DNA from: Bugula neritina
Lineage: Eukaryota > Animalia > Bryozoa
DNA: 64,000 nucleotides
Assembly: GCA_964035545.1 (NCBI GenBank)
Contig: OZ037769.1
Location: 5,809,929-5,873,928, forward strand
Direction: 5' to 3'
The notes beneath the pieces are model-generated. The model did not search any database. It had not been told where the DNA came from and worked only from the letters and a program-made list of their open reading frames with translations. Within the stretch, counting starts at the first letter, position 1; every line of letters starts with the position of its first letter. This document shows, one piece after another, positions 40,747-53,483 of this stretch. Made by a program: the position numbers and the translations under genes.

Positions 40747-43700
40747 ACACCCACACATAGAAATGTTTTAAATTTTGTACGCACTTATCAAATAACTTGT
40801 AGCCACTTTGTAATTTGAATAAAATTCTTGTAATTTAAAAAAATTCCGTTCAGGTAGCTAAACATTTCATTTGTACAAGACATTCATTTCATACAAGATG
40901 CATTCAGCTCCATGAAACTGCTTTTCAGTGCATCAGTGAATCTCAAAAGCAAATGCCACATTTGTCTTGCTGACTCAGCTTACATCAACACAATTCATAC
41001 TTTACAGTGTTCATATTTACTAAAGGAAAGGCTGCTCTTGTTAATTTGTAGCATCAATTTTCACAGCTAGGTTATAAGCCTAAAAATTGAGTTAATTTTT
41101 TTCTCTACTATCTAAAGTTGACTTTCATTATATCAATAATATTTCATTATCTTATACTGGCACAACTAAAGTGATTTTATTCTGGTAAAGTCAGTCAGTT
41201 GAAACCTCCATATATATCTTTTGCTTCAGGCTTTGGGTTTACATGACCATGAACACGGTCACGCTCATGATGAAGTCAAAGCTGTGGTCCTGGAAGACTT
41301 CACAGCCAAAATGCTTGCAGCTGTAGCCGGTGAGTTGTCCCTTTTGATTTGTAAATAGTAATACTTTGCTCGAGAGAGAGAACGTTTAAGTTCAGTACCG
41401 CATGTAAAACTTGTTTGTTAGCTAATTTAACAGGCTACGCTAATCCCTGAACCAAACGAGTTTGAAAACTTGTTTTTTGGTCTCATTTTAGCTATCTACG
41501 TCTTCTTTTTGTTTGAGTTTGCCATGACTAAGTTGGGAGGACACAGCCATCTTGGAGATGATCATGTGAGTATCTTAAGAATATTTTACTCTGTAATCAG
41601 TTTATAACGGTTTAAAATAATCTGCATGTCATTTCATTACTATCTTCTGTAGCAGCTGTGACCTACTTTTTCAGTCAAACATTCAGATCTTTTTACGTAT
41701 AATTCATGATACTTATTCATGTAATGTATTCCTTTAAATTGTTGTGGTGGTACCAACTTAGTTTTTTGCTATCCATATATACAGTTTCAGTTGCATTCTA
41801 GCATCAAGTGCATGCATAAAATTTACCATGATAAGGCACATGTACAATCTAGGAACTTGTAGAGAGAGGAGGTAGTTAATAATTTGCCATCATGATTGAT
41901 GCATGACCATGTAATAATGGCATTGCATTATTTCTTATACTAAATGTATGTCTCTTGGTTTGGAGTGTAGGTTGAACATGCCGATATTTGAACCATAAAT
42001 AAGAGTTAGATATTGAGCACATTCTGAAATTCTCCACCCTGGCACACCTTTATTGATCTAGGCACTAAGGTTTCAATTGTTATTAGATTTAAGCAGCTAG
42101 AAGAATAAATGGAAACAAAGCAAAATTATATTGACAAGCTAAATGTTTTGCAACAATTCAAGTTTTGCATGCTCCAAGCTGTTGACTTTAAGAAAGATGG
42201 AATACTTTGAATATTATCATTTAGTTTGGAGCAATTATCTTAGCGAATTTTGAGGTTATTTGTGCACATTTTTTCTGTTTAGTGAGTTTAGGAAGATATA
42301 GACTTAGGCCTATGTCTTTGAAATTTGGTTAGGGGGAGTTTTGCAGCTCTTCTCATGGAATATAAATCAACAAGTAAAGGCTGCACTAAAATTGGGCAAT
42401 GCAAAGCATATATAGTAACTGTGCATGTTTTTCTCAAAGCAGCACAGTGAGCTATAGATAGAAATCGTAATATTACAAGAACTGCATGGCTGCCTTTACT
42501 ATAATGTCAGAAATCAGTATTTATACTGCCGCTTCCCTCACAATGAGTAGTTATTGTAGTCCTCAGAGTTTAATGTATTAATATTTTATATTCCCTTTAG
42601 AGTCACAGTCATAGTCACAATAAGTATAGTGATGGTAGCTCCGTGGATACTGATGGATACGATAATAGTGGGTTTTCATCAAATCTAGAAATGGCTGAAA
42701 AGGTACATTTTTACACTATTTTAACAAATTAAAAATTTATTTCCTGACAGCTGTCTGTTAGAATGCCTAGAATCACGATGTGCATTTGCCAAGTTGGCTC
42801 AGTTATTTCCAGCCAACTGTAAGGGCTGGGTTGCAACAGCTGAGCTCTATTTGCAGGGTTAATATGGCAGCCATGTTTTGAGAGCAATGCAAACAATCGT
42901 CATGTTATATCACCTATACTTACTAAAATATGTAATAACATTTGTTTTTCTCGTGTTTTTGTTTGAGTGTTGGTTTCTAGTTTCATGCAAAGTAAACTCT
43001 GCAATCTCAATAACACATCTGGCCGTTTTAAATGTAGCTTAGTATTTTGGCGACTAAAAGGATAAATATAGCATAGGCTTCCTCACAGTTAGAACGTCTA
43101 CAAAGCCGTTACTTAGTAATTGTCTTTCCTGTGTTTTAAATTAGTTCATCAATATAGGCTCAGTGTATTCTCTCGCACACAAAAACCTCTTCAACTAGAA
43201 GCAGTTAGTTCTTAACTCCGAGACTCAACTCTGACTCATCCCCATGACTCAGCTCTGACTCACATATTGTAGAAAGGTAATTCTGGCAAAGGATCAGCTG
43301 ATAGCCAGAGTGCTAGTCAAGATGAGGAATCTGGAAAGAGCTGCTGGAAGCTGCCTACTGTTGTGCATATGATTATAATAGGAGATGGACTGCACAACTT
43401 TGTAGATGGTTTAGCTATAGGGGCAGCATTTGCTGCCGATTATAAGACTGGTCTATCCGTCTCCATTGCTGTCTTATGCCATGAACTGCCTCATGAATTA
43501 GGTAAGAAAGTACTATTATTAAGATGCAGGCGTACTAGTTTTTCAACTTTTATATCATATTTTGAGAACTGCTTTCCTTTTATAGCAGAAAGTAAAGCTA
43601 TTTCTACTGCCAGTTATAAAAACTTGATTAAAGAGTTATCTTCTCTCAGCCAATTTACTATGCATACCATAACATTCAGTTCTGTTATGAGACATTAAAA

Positions 43701-44917
43701 GCTGAGACATTGAATAAAATTTTATGCAGTTTAGCATTATGCCATAATTATGTAAAATATGAAATAGTTTTCGAACTCTGTTAAAACGATATGTTATGGC
43801 TAATTTTGGATTACACCTCTCACTATTCTGGCAGCATGGTTTAAGGGCTTGCAGAGTAACACAAATGTAATTATGACAAGATGTCTTTGCTTTCTATTAT
43901 ATTGAAACCTACCAGCTAGTCTTAGTACGAAAACCTATACTGATATATGATATAAGATCTAAATGTTATTTGTTTTGACTGCCTTTTAGGTGATTTTGCT
44001 GTTTTGCTGTCTGCCGGACTGACTCCAAAAAAAGTGCTGTTAGCCAATTTTCTCAGCGCATGTACTGCTTTTATCGGGCTGTATATTGGACTAGCTGTAA
44101 GCACAGAAGAAGCCACAAGGCAATGGATATTTGCTGCCACGGCTGGAATGTTCTTATATATCGCTCTAGTTGATATGGTAATATCACATAATATGTTTCA
44201 TGTAAATGTCCAGTATTACAGCACCATGTTGTGCCTCACATCAGAGTTATTGTCTCTCTGCATATCATCTAAAAGAGTATGCAACTCCTAATTTATTAAT
44301 TTGGCATAGAAGTTATAGACGCATAATATTAATTCAATATTTAGCAATGCTGTAGTGAGTAGTATATTACAGAATTACTGTTATTGGAGACGCATAGTTT
44401 ATTTCTCAGTCATTTACAGTTATTTAATATGTTATTAATGAATGGGCTTGCGAACGGTTTACTAATCAAAGCATGGAATGGCTAGACTGCCAAAGTATCC
44501 ACAACTTGTTCACTGTGAGATCGTAAATTTGTTTTGAAGATGTCTTATAATCCTATGAACATAATCGCATGCACACAGTTTTTTGAAAGGCAACTCCAAA
44601 TAACAAACTTAGCCTTCACTTTTCTTTTCATCAAAGTTGCAGCTTTAATCAGTCCAAACTGGCTAAATATTCATATAAAGTATTATGTAGGAGACACTTC
44701 TTTCTGGATTTATTCTGAATTACAAATGAAACTTTAATGTTAATCTACTCAAAAATCACATTTATTTATTGTGTTAATGTATTTTTAGGTCCCAGAACTT
44801 GCGAGAAGACAGAGTAAAACGACTTTGCGTCTGATTGTTTTACAAAATGTTGGTCTGCTCTTGGGTTTTGCCTGCATGATCATTATCGCAGTTTTTGAGG
44901 AGCATATTCAGTTATAG
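27758..44917 (+). CDS. LIV-1 subfamily ZIP zinc transporter (SLC39A4/SLC39A12-like), ~704 aa
   Basis: 14 phase-consistent exons: 27758-27943, 30907-31087, 35214-35434, 35765-35867, 37452-37562, 38211-38350, 39086-39266, 40495-40664, 41230-41329, 41492-41565, 42601-42702, 43273-43501, 43990-44177, 44789-44917 (TAG); total 2115 nt. Signal peptide; [18 protein letters not shown]; TM4 [14 protein letters not shown]; TM5 [15 protein letters not shown] (HEXPHEXGD); [16 protein letters not shown]; His-rich cytosolic loop. Exact paralogue not resolvable. Confidence 0.95.
30573..30750 (-). mobile_element. tRNA-derived SINE family B copy
   Basis: Contains 'ttatggctggatgcttttcttagcatcattgatgg', 'ggactcgaacc' (B-box, reverse complement) and 'ctctaaccactacacca'. 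Confidence 0.7.
35922..36262. mobile_element. Non-autonomous hAT-like MITE
   Basis: Imperfect TIRs CAGGGGTGTGCAAC / GTTAGACAGCCCTG; 8-bp TSD TGTTGGAC / TGTTAGAC (7 of 8 match); subterminal GGGGGC motifs. Confidence 0.8.
39288..39388 (+). mobile_element. tRNA-derived SINE family A
   Basis: GAGTTTACCCAGTAGTCCCTGTGGTGTAATAGCTAGC...TTGCAAGCCAGA...GGGTTTGAACCCCAGCCGAGGCAATTATTTT; same family as the 11717 and 12818 copies, opposite orientation. Confidence 0.75.
40680..40757. repeat. (AC)n microsatellite
   Basis: Pure AC run just downstream of the ZIP exon 8 donor. Confidence 0.97.
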
Positions 44918-45362
44918 CCACGCAGTGCCATCAATTATAACACACTTTAACTTAATTTTTCCAATAAGTTTTATTTTTTTATTTCTATGCATCATTTAGT
45001 TAATTTTTACCAATTTTATATTTACATGTACCATAACCATAACCAGTACTTTGTTATTGTTATCAAGCAAGCTTTGTTGACTAATGATTTTATTCTGTGA
45101 GCTTTACTAGTGTTAATAATTTTATTTAGGTTTTCAAAGCGAAAAAACTTTATCTTGGTTTGAAAAATTTAAAGATAAGTTACAAAAAATAAATAATCCA
45201 AAGTATGACCATCCCAAACAAACTATAGTTTTTACATAATTTTAAAACTCTGTAAAAGTACATTTAATTGTTATAAACAAAGTGAAAAACAATACAAATA
45301 ATACATATTAATCAAAATTGGCTCTGTTTTAACCAGAAAAATAGCAGACATTATCTTGTGAT

Positions 45363-45743
45363 TCAATGAAATGCGAGTATTCCAGCCTCCACGACCAGAC
45401 CGAGAAGCAAACACCAAAACGGAATAAACACATGGAATAGCTTTAAGTTATAGTCATACTGTAAATATATACATAGAAGTAGTTCAAAGAATAACTTTAA
45501 ACAACCAGAAACAATTCTCCAAATATTCTGTGCAGAATTTCTTTCCCGAGAGTCTGTGTTTCTATGACGGAGGCCAATTTTCAGTCCCCAGTAGAGAATA
45601 ACTATAAGGTCATATATCCACATGGGTATGAATATAAGAAACCAGTTCCATGTGATTAGCTTATCCAGTCTCAATAATACGAATATCATAAATAGCATCA
45701 GAGACAGCCATGTGACCAGGCATCGCAGGATCAGAGCGGCCAT
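45363..45743 (-). CDS. TMEM60: Transmembrane protein 60 (TMEM60/TMEM185/TMEM203 family), 126 aa, intronless CDS
   Basis: Four hydrophobic segments; signature LLRLDKLITWNWFLIFIPMWIYD and LFHVFIPFW; length matches TMEM60; 5'UTR splice acceptor at 45803-45804. Confidence 0.88.
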   Translation of the reverse strand: MAALILRCLVTWLSLMLFMIFVLLRLDKLITWNWFLIFIPMWIYDLIVILYWGLKIGLRHRNTDSRERNSAQNIWRIVSGCLKLFFELLLCIYLQYDYNLKLFHVFIPFWCLLLGLVVEAGILAFH

Positions 45744-46299
45744 ATTGTATCTTGCTCAACTTTAATCATCACGTCTGCACATATTCAGTACTACATTGCT
45801 GGCTGAAACAGAACCAAGATTTAATTAAATGAACAACAATTGAAAAACAAAATCAGTATTCAAAACTACAGCAAAATGCTGCATTTATGAGCGAATAAGT
45901 ATATTACATTACTTAGTCTCCAGTAAGCATGCCTTTCAGACTATCAAACTTAGTAATAAGCAAAGCAATGGAATTTGAAGGCTGTGTATTGGTGATTTCA
46001 ATAGAAATTAAATACTTCAAGAATATCTAATGATAAACATTAATACTCAACTAAAAGCAAAAAAGAGAGATAAGTGACTATATTAATATTGCAAATAAAC
46101 TTTTAGATGCATTGTATTATCCGACTGATCGTATATACTGTAAGCTGGAGCATGAAATTTAAAAAGTTATGATTTTATAATTATAATCATTGTTATAAAT
46201 CAAATTTTATACATGATTATAATAGTTTTTGTTTTTAATATTAAAACGTTGTTATTGTATTTTACATAATGACCATGTTTATGTTAAGATATATCCCAG

Positions 46300-47100
46300 A
46301 TCACATGTAATTATACTACATGAGATATACAATAACATTAATAATAGTAAAAATAATAATAGTAATACTGACAATACTGACAATGCAAATAAAATAATTT
46401 GAACATTTTAATTTATAAAATAAATTAAAATGAAACTTCAATGTTTATAATTGTTGTAAATATTATAATTACAATTATTATTAACATAACAACAATTTAT
46501 AATAGTTATATCAAATTCAAGTTAATACTTAAATTTATAAGTTATAACTATAAGTATAAGCATATTTTAGGAGTATAACTGTAAAACTAAGAGTAAATGT
46601 ATAACTATAAATATAACTAAAACTTATACTATTTATCTTATGCTTATACTTTATAGTTATATCATTACTATTAGTATTATTTATACTTATAAACTATACT
46701 TATAGTCATTATTTGTTATAACAGTTTTTAAATTCATTAGTTGGTTATTGGTATTACTTAACCTTATACTTATACTTGTACGTATCAGTTATTATTTTTG
46801 GGCTTTGGGTTATGGCTTTTAGTTTTATTATATTTATTAGTTATTACTAAGTATTAGTATTAGTATTACTACTATATTATTAGTATAACTATAAAGTAAA
46901 ACTGATAGTGATAGTGATAGGTTTATAACTTTACAATTTATATTTAATTTTATGTTATAGATTAGTCAAATTTTACAGCACAGCATTATCTTAGTATTTA
47001 TATTATTAAAGATACTACCATTGATTTAACCATTTACTATAAGTAATAAAGTATAAGTAGTAAATTTAAAGTACTACTACTACTAGTATTACTGCCACTA
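46300..47100. repeat. AT-rich low-complexity tract (TAA/TAG/TAC-type degenerate repeats)
   Basis: Very AT-rich, with repeated TTATAC/TAGTAT-like hexamers. Confidence 0.7.
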
Positions 47101-47944
47101 TTTTGGTTTAATTTTTGTACAGGAAACTAAGAGAATGATTCAAAAATGGGGTTGGTGTTTATTCTAAAGTTAGAACGCAGGTAAAGTTGCAGAGAAACGA
47201 TAACTCTATCGCTGAAATATAATTTGTAACTACAAGTTTTAATTCAAATTGATGTTGCTCTTTAATTCCCTTTTCATATGTAACTATAAATAAATAATAA
47301 TAATTATGCTTACTTAATTATTATTTTAGTAATAATTGATTTTAAAATAAATTATAAACCACTATAATACAGCATCGAATAATGAAGTGGTATGCCAAAG
47401 AATAGAAATTGCGATCAATAAGTGACCAATCAACTTTTTTGAAAGTGCAAAAGTGCTTTAAATCTCAGTCTTGGTCTTTCTTGGTTATGCCTGCTTTCGT
47501 TTAACTGTGAGTAGAGAACTTGTAGAGGTAAGTGAGAAAATATTGATACATTGTGCTTTTATAATAATGGATTTTTATTTATTTACACTACAAAGTTGAT
47601 CTTATGGCACCTTTCAGTGGTCTTTTATCACCTATTTTAAAGATGCAGAAAGACAAAAATAATTTAAAGTAATGTCATCAAGTATGTATTAAACTCTAGA
47701 TAGAATTATACAATTTTAATTTTGATAATTATTTATTTTTATACAACAGCTTTAATATACATTTCCAAAACGATATAATAATCTTAATAACACATTTGAA
47801 AAGAAGCAACACATTTTTATACATAGTATTTACAAAAATTTATATATGTCTTACAAGCAATTCAAAGTTTTTAAAAATAATTTCAAGGCTACTTTATCAG
47901 ATTTAAAGCACAATTCAGTAAACATACAATATTTGAGTATTATT

Positions 47945-50900
47945 TTATTTCTTTTTTAGACCAATTGAATTTCTCCCAGCTTGCTGTTTAATTGCCTTGG
48001 CCACAGACTCTTCCTTAGACCAAGGACAGTAACTCAGTGTATGAGCTGTGTCTCCTGGAAAATGAAACAAACTTCCATTAACAGTAAAAGAATCAAAGTC
48101 TAATTACATTGTTTACTTATAAAAAAGTTCACACAAGTTTATAGTCACAATTCCTGTGACAAATTGCTGATGGAAAGGGTTTACCTGTTAAATCGGGCTA
48201 AAAACTTATTCAGATGAGGCATATGAGCAATTATGACTGAATGCTTTCCCTAACATCACCAATGGCTTTTACTGGGGTTTGAACTCATGGCTACAGGTAT
48301 ACTATCCAAACGCTCTAACCCCTAGACCACAGCTGCTCCCTACGTTGTTTACAAGTAGGTACACTTTAAATTTAATATAAGTATGCTATATTATTAATGC
48401 CAACACACTTTTTGACAAGTCTAATGCTGTTTGAATCATAGACAATGTTGTTTTTGACTTTGTTACTCATACTGAACTATTGAGAGCAGACAATTCAGTA
48501 TTCATAACGTGGCTTGATCTGCTTCATTACTTTTAAATGGACAGTTACTCGCTTTTAAATAAAACCTTATAAGCTTTTACTCTACATAAATGTGCATCAT
48601 TTTTATTCACACACAAATGCTATGCTCTAAATATGTATTTAGCATTGCTTCTAACCATTATTTTTGCAATAGAAAATTAATTTTCAATATTTAGGTTACC
48701 CATAATTGGATATAATCAAACTGCTCACAAAAAAGATTAATTCTAAATGCTGTAAAACATCTTGATCGGTGTATGCTGTGTTTTACTATAGTAAAATCAA
48801 AATAGGGTATAATGCAATAACCTGCATTCTATTGGAGGAATAGACATTAATGCTAATAAACACAAAGCATTATAGTTGACAGGGTTTATTCGCTAACTGA
48901 GCAAAAAGAGAAAATATAGTTAAAGTAAATGCTGCTGTAATATTTTGCACTACCTACCTGTTCCTCCACACTGTGGACAGACATAAGATCTCAATACTGG
49001 ACATGTCAAGTTTCTATCAGCATCTCTAAGAGCATGGCTGTTATAGACAGCAGGCCTTTCACCATTGCCTCTGCAGAAGTTACACGTCAAGTCTAAAATA
49101 GAATTAAAAATAGTGGAAATGCACCCTGTCAGCTAGAGGTTGCTACAGGCTGTCGATCTGTATTTTGCTGCTTCACATGCCTAGTCTTGTGGGTTGTTTT
49201 ACAGAGATCATGTCAGTTCGAAAGGGTATTCAGTAAAATAAAACTATAAAAAGTTTCAAGAAAATATCTCAGCGTCAGATTCTTACAGCAATAAATCAGT
49301 CGTGACTCATAAGAAACAAAGCACTGAAGCCTAAGACACAATGCAGAAACAGGTCAAAGGTTGAACTTGGCACGTGAGAATAGTCAAGAGTGGCAAGTAT
49401 AAGTAATGAATATCTACTTTCATTTTTTTTAAAATTAACCAACATGGCAACACACAATTTGCATTGCTAATGGTTAAGAAAACAAATTGCTAAGCATATT
49501 GAGACTATATAACTGACTACATGTTGTAAGATTTCTTACTCAGGACAATCATGGGGATAAAATAAGCACTGCTTGTGACAGCATGAGTGTAATGACCTCT
49601 TTCTATTACGCAATAAGAAAGCCTAAGAACCCATTTAAATGAGCCAGACAGTAAAGAGATTTAACAAAGGCATGCAGACTACCAGGTGATTGGGTATATT
49701 GAACAATTGTGACAGGCAATGTGTATAGGCTATTTTTCCAGAAAGTGTGTGCTTTATGTCATTATCTGTTATTTATTCTAGTGGCCTGGTTAATTCACAC
49801 ATGAGTCATGGTGATACTACTGCATGGATGAGGCAGACTAATAAGCTCGCATAGGCAGAAGTTATGGCCAGATAACAATTACATATAAGTTATACTATTA
49901 TATGTACAGAAAGTCTTGTACATATACTTATAGTGATTTATAGAATTTTGAAAGACACGCAAGCAAATTCCTATTATACACATTGCACTTCAATTACAAT
50001 AAGTTTAATTTTTATGAAGCAAGTTAATCGTTTATGGTTATCTTTTTCTTAAAGATTGGCTGCATCATATAAAGTAGTTTTCTTAATATATATTATGTAA
50101 TATATACCTAAAGTATCTGCATATATAACTTTACCACATAAGATCATATTACGCTTTGAGATTTTACAGCAAACTGGTATAAAAAAATTTATGATAAATT
50201 TAAATTACCATATATACAAATTATGTAGGCCACTTACTAGAAGATGCTGGTTTGATCCTCGTTGCTATGGAAACATGAGCTTGTTGTACTGATATAGGCT
50301 TATGTTTCTTGGTGTGGAGTCCACTACCTGAGAATATAATACTGCCTGGGCGAGGTGCAGGCATATGACCTTCACCCTGAGTCATGAAACTTCTTGGTGT
50401 TTCTCTATAAAAGATTTCTGGAGATTTGAGAGGGTAGAGAGGTCTCAATGTTCTTTGCCTTCGATTGCTCCAATTGGACAATTGTTCCTTAATTACAATA
50501 TATAAAATTATATCTAGCAGAATGTTGAATTTTTTTTAAATGCCAGCCATCTTAAAATCTACTTTATTGATTTTGATTATACATTATTATTAATTACTAA
50601 TAAATTAGACACAGAAGATATAATATAAAAAGATAAAAGTTTTGAATGCTTAAAATCAATATATTATATTATTGGTTTTTAATTATAATATGCATGGAAA
50701 CGTATGTTATAAATAAGATCTAATAAAATTATTTATGTGCAAACTTTAACTTAGTTTGTAGGTAAAAATAGATAAAAGCCTTCTTGAAACACACCTATAA
50801 AGTTTTAACCATGATATAAAAGAATAACCATTATACCATCAACAAATTAAAGGTAAATGGTGTTGGGTGAAGAGTTATTTGCTTATTATGGAACCCAGAT

Positions 50901-51284
50901 ATATCCTAAGACATAAGATGCTAATTGATCAAAACATATTGAAAAAATACATATAACTACATTATAAAATACATTACAAAAATCTAAAAAGTCAAAGAGA
51001 AAAGGTATTGATCAATTAAAAGTAGGCCAACACTACAGAAATAAGCAAAAGTGACTCCTATTTTAACAGCATGATGTAATAAAATGATATAAATTATATT
51101 CAAATTCATACCTGGTTACAAAGGTTCTTTTTTATTTTAATCAAGGCAACAAAATAATAATTGGTATTGATATTGTTGTACTGAAAACATTACTAATGAC
51201 GTATTTTAGTTTTATTGTTTCATTAATGTCAAATAGTTAGTTACATAAATGTGAACTTACCAAGATAAGAGATTCCGCATCCAT
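47945..51284 (-). CDS. nanos: Nanos-family CCHC zinc-finger RNA-binding protein, ~172 aa
   Basis: Phase-consistent exons 51284-51261, 50487-50238, 49092-48958, 48054-47945 (TAA). Tandem CCHC domain CNFCRGNGERPAVYNSHALRDADRNLTCPVLRSYVCPQCGETG|DTAHTLSYCP matches the Nanos zinc-finger spacing. The N-terminal exons are less certain than the zinc-finger exons. Confidence 0.9.
48153..48340 (-). mobile_element. tRNA-derived SINE family B copy (nanos intron)
   Basis: Reverse complement aligns along its length with 24057-24255. Confidence 0.85.
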
Positions 51285-52244
51285 GATAAGCTAGTTTTGG
51301 CTTGAAGTTAAGGGTGGTCTTTACGGTTTAACTGAAACGTCTGAAATGAAAGAAGTACATTGAAATGTTTTGAATGCAGCCGGCAGGTGTTGTGGTTTGG
51401 GGTCCCAGTCAGATCACGATAGTGTCTATAAATAGCTCTAGTGTCATTACCCTGAGGGCTGAGAGTTAGGTTAGAATAGACTGTACCTAAGAACCCTCAG
51501 TGAGCGTATTATTACACTCTACAGTCTGGAGCTATTGGAGCTAACTATGGATCAGACATAGATTTTAAAATGCAATAACAGTTTGATGTGTTGTAACAAT
51601 CTTGTTCATTTTTATTCCAAAATTAATGAAATACCTTTTTATGATATATGTATGAATTAAAAATACGTTATCACATACAGTATTATATACATTACATGCA
51701 TACAATATATAATATAATATATACCCTATAATATGATACGTATTACATACTATAATACTCATCACATATTATATATAGTTATTGTGTGTAGCTGTCACTT
51801 CACTTACATCAATAAAAAATTTTTGTAAAGATTTGTTTTTAATAATCTATTACTCCTTCTAAATTATATAATATTGTGATTGCTAAAAATTATCACATGT
51901 ATAAATGTAGGCCAGCCTTCATATAACTAACCCCCTAAACACACTTTGCCCCACCGTAGGCCGTAAACAGTAAAAACAAAATGTCACTGCTGCATGTTAG
52001 GTTTGTCAACACCCGTTCACACACTGAACTAAAAGCATCACACAAATCACGCAGACTGTAACTGTTTTTGGCCGGTGGATATCCACGCTGCATAACAACT
52101 TTATACAATTCTGATTGGCTGGACTCTACCTGACCAGCTAATGATTGTATCTGGTAGGCCTAATAATGCATTTGCATTTGAAAATGTAGAGTTTTATATA
52201 AGTTATAGTGGTGATATTTTAGAGTTGGTACATTCTAAACTCCC

Positions 52245-52361
52245 AACTCCCAACTTTAAGCTCAAAAATCTCAAACTACTGCACTCAGTCACCCCCAACT
52301 CGAAGCTGCTTATAAAATGATTCGAAGTTTTTACTGTCTCTATATATAGTATCTATATATA

Positions 52362-52417
<56 letters not shown>

Positions 52418-52746
52418 AAAATAATTGTGCAAACTAATTTGAAGAATAAATATAGCCGTCCATTTAACTTTTAGGTTTTTAGTTTGGTGTTTTTGTAGTT
52501 AGAGAAAGCTAGATTTTTAAGCTAGGTTTAATATCAACCAGGCGAATGAATATTTTTGAATTGTTTTATAAGCAGTTTCGAGTTGGGGGTGACTGAGTGC
52601 AGTAGTTTGAGATTTTTGAGCTTAAAGTTGGGAGTTCAAGTTGGAACTTGAAATCCCAACTCCAAACTTGAGAATCCCAAACTACTGCACTCAGTCACCC
52701 CCAACTCGAAGCTGCTTATAAAATGATTCGAAGTTTTTACTGTCTC
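52245..52746. repeat. Direct-inverted-direct triplication with an embedded (TA)n run
   Basis: Unit ...CAAACTACTGCACTCAGTCACCCCCAACTCGAAGCTGCTTATAAAA... at 52245-52340 (direct), 52564-52636 (inverted) and 52678-52746 (direct); (TA)n at ~52341-52413. Confidence 0.9.
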
Positions 52747-53281
52747 ATTAGACTTTTTGATGAAATAAAACAAAACAAAACATATTGAACTCTCTATTAT
52801 CTGGGAAGTAAATAGCTATATTATTGCTCTCAAGCTCCATGCAATATAGTCATAGATCTGGCATTATGTAATAGCTGTTACTAATAGTTTAGAAGTGTGC
52901 AATACCAAAGTTTTGAGGTTAGCTGTCTGCTTTAGAGTAATGAGTTTTGGTTTGAAGAATTTTATGCAGTAATAAAATATGTATAAATATCTTAGCTTTC
53001 ATTAACAGACTGAGGTTTGTGTGGTTTAACCAGCTGAATTCTTAAACCACAGACTACACGTTGACAGGTTCAAAACATTTTTGAGAATTCACATCAACAG
53101 TTTATTATTGGGGTATTTTCAGCTATATTGCCAATTTTATTATTATACTTAGGGCAGCCAACACCAGCTGCATGCAGCCTTTAAAAATTATTAGTTTATG
53201 GATATTCATATGATTATCAGTTGCATTTGCTACTCAAAATTAAATTTTCTAAATTGATAAGCTGGTAAACTTTGAAATAAT

Positions 53282-53483
53282 TACAAATCTCCCTCCATAT
53301 CTCACTAAGCTGCGGGTTCCAAAATCTTAATCCGTGACATAATAGAATACCAGAGTATTTAACACATGGATGTGCTAAATTCAGCCATTTTGTTCTTATT
53401 CACACATACATAAGCAGTAAAAGTGGGGCTTAAGCCCTTCTCGTGACCTATAAAAGCATCGTGAGATATGGAGGTAGAATGTA
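53282..53483. mobile_element. Tc1/mariner/pogo-like MITE with TA ends
   Basis: TIRs TACA...CCTCCATATCTCAC / GTGAGATATGGAGG...TGTA; internal sequence matches 56263-56475 in inverted orientation. Confidence 0.7.
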
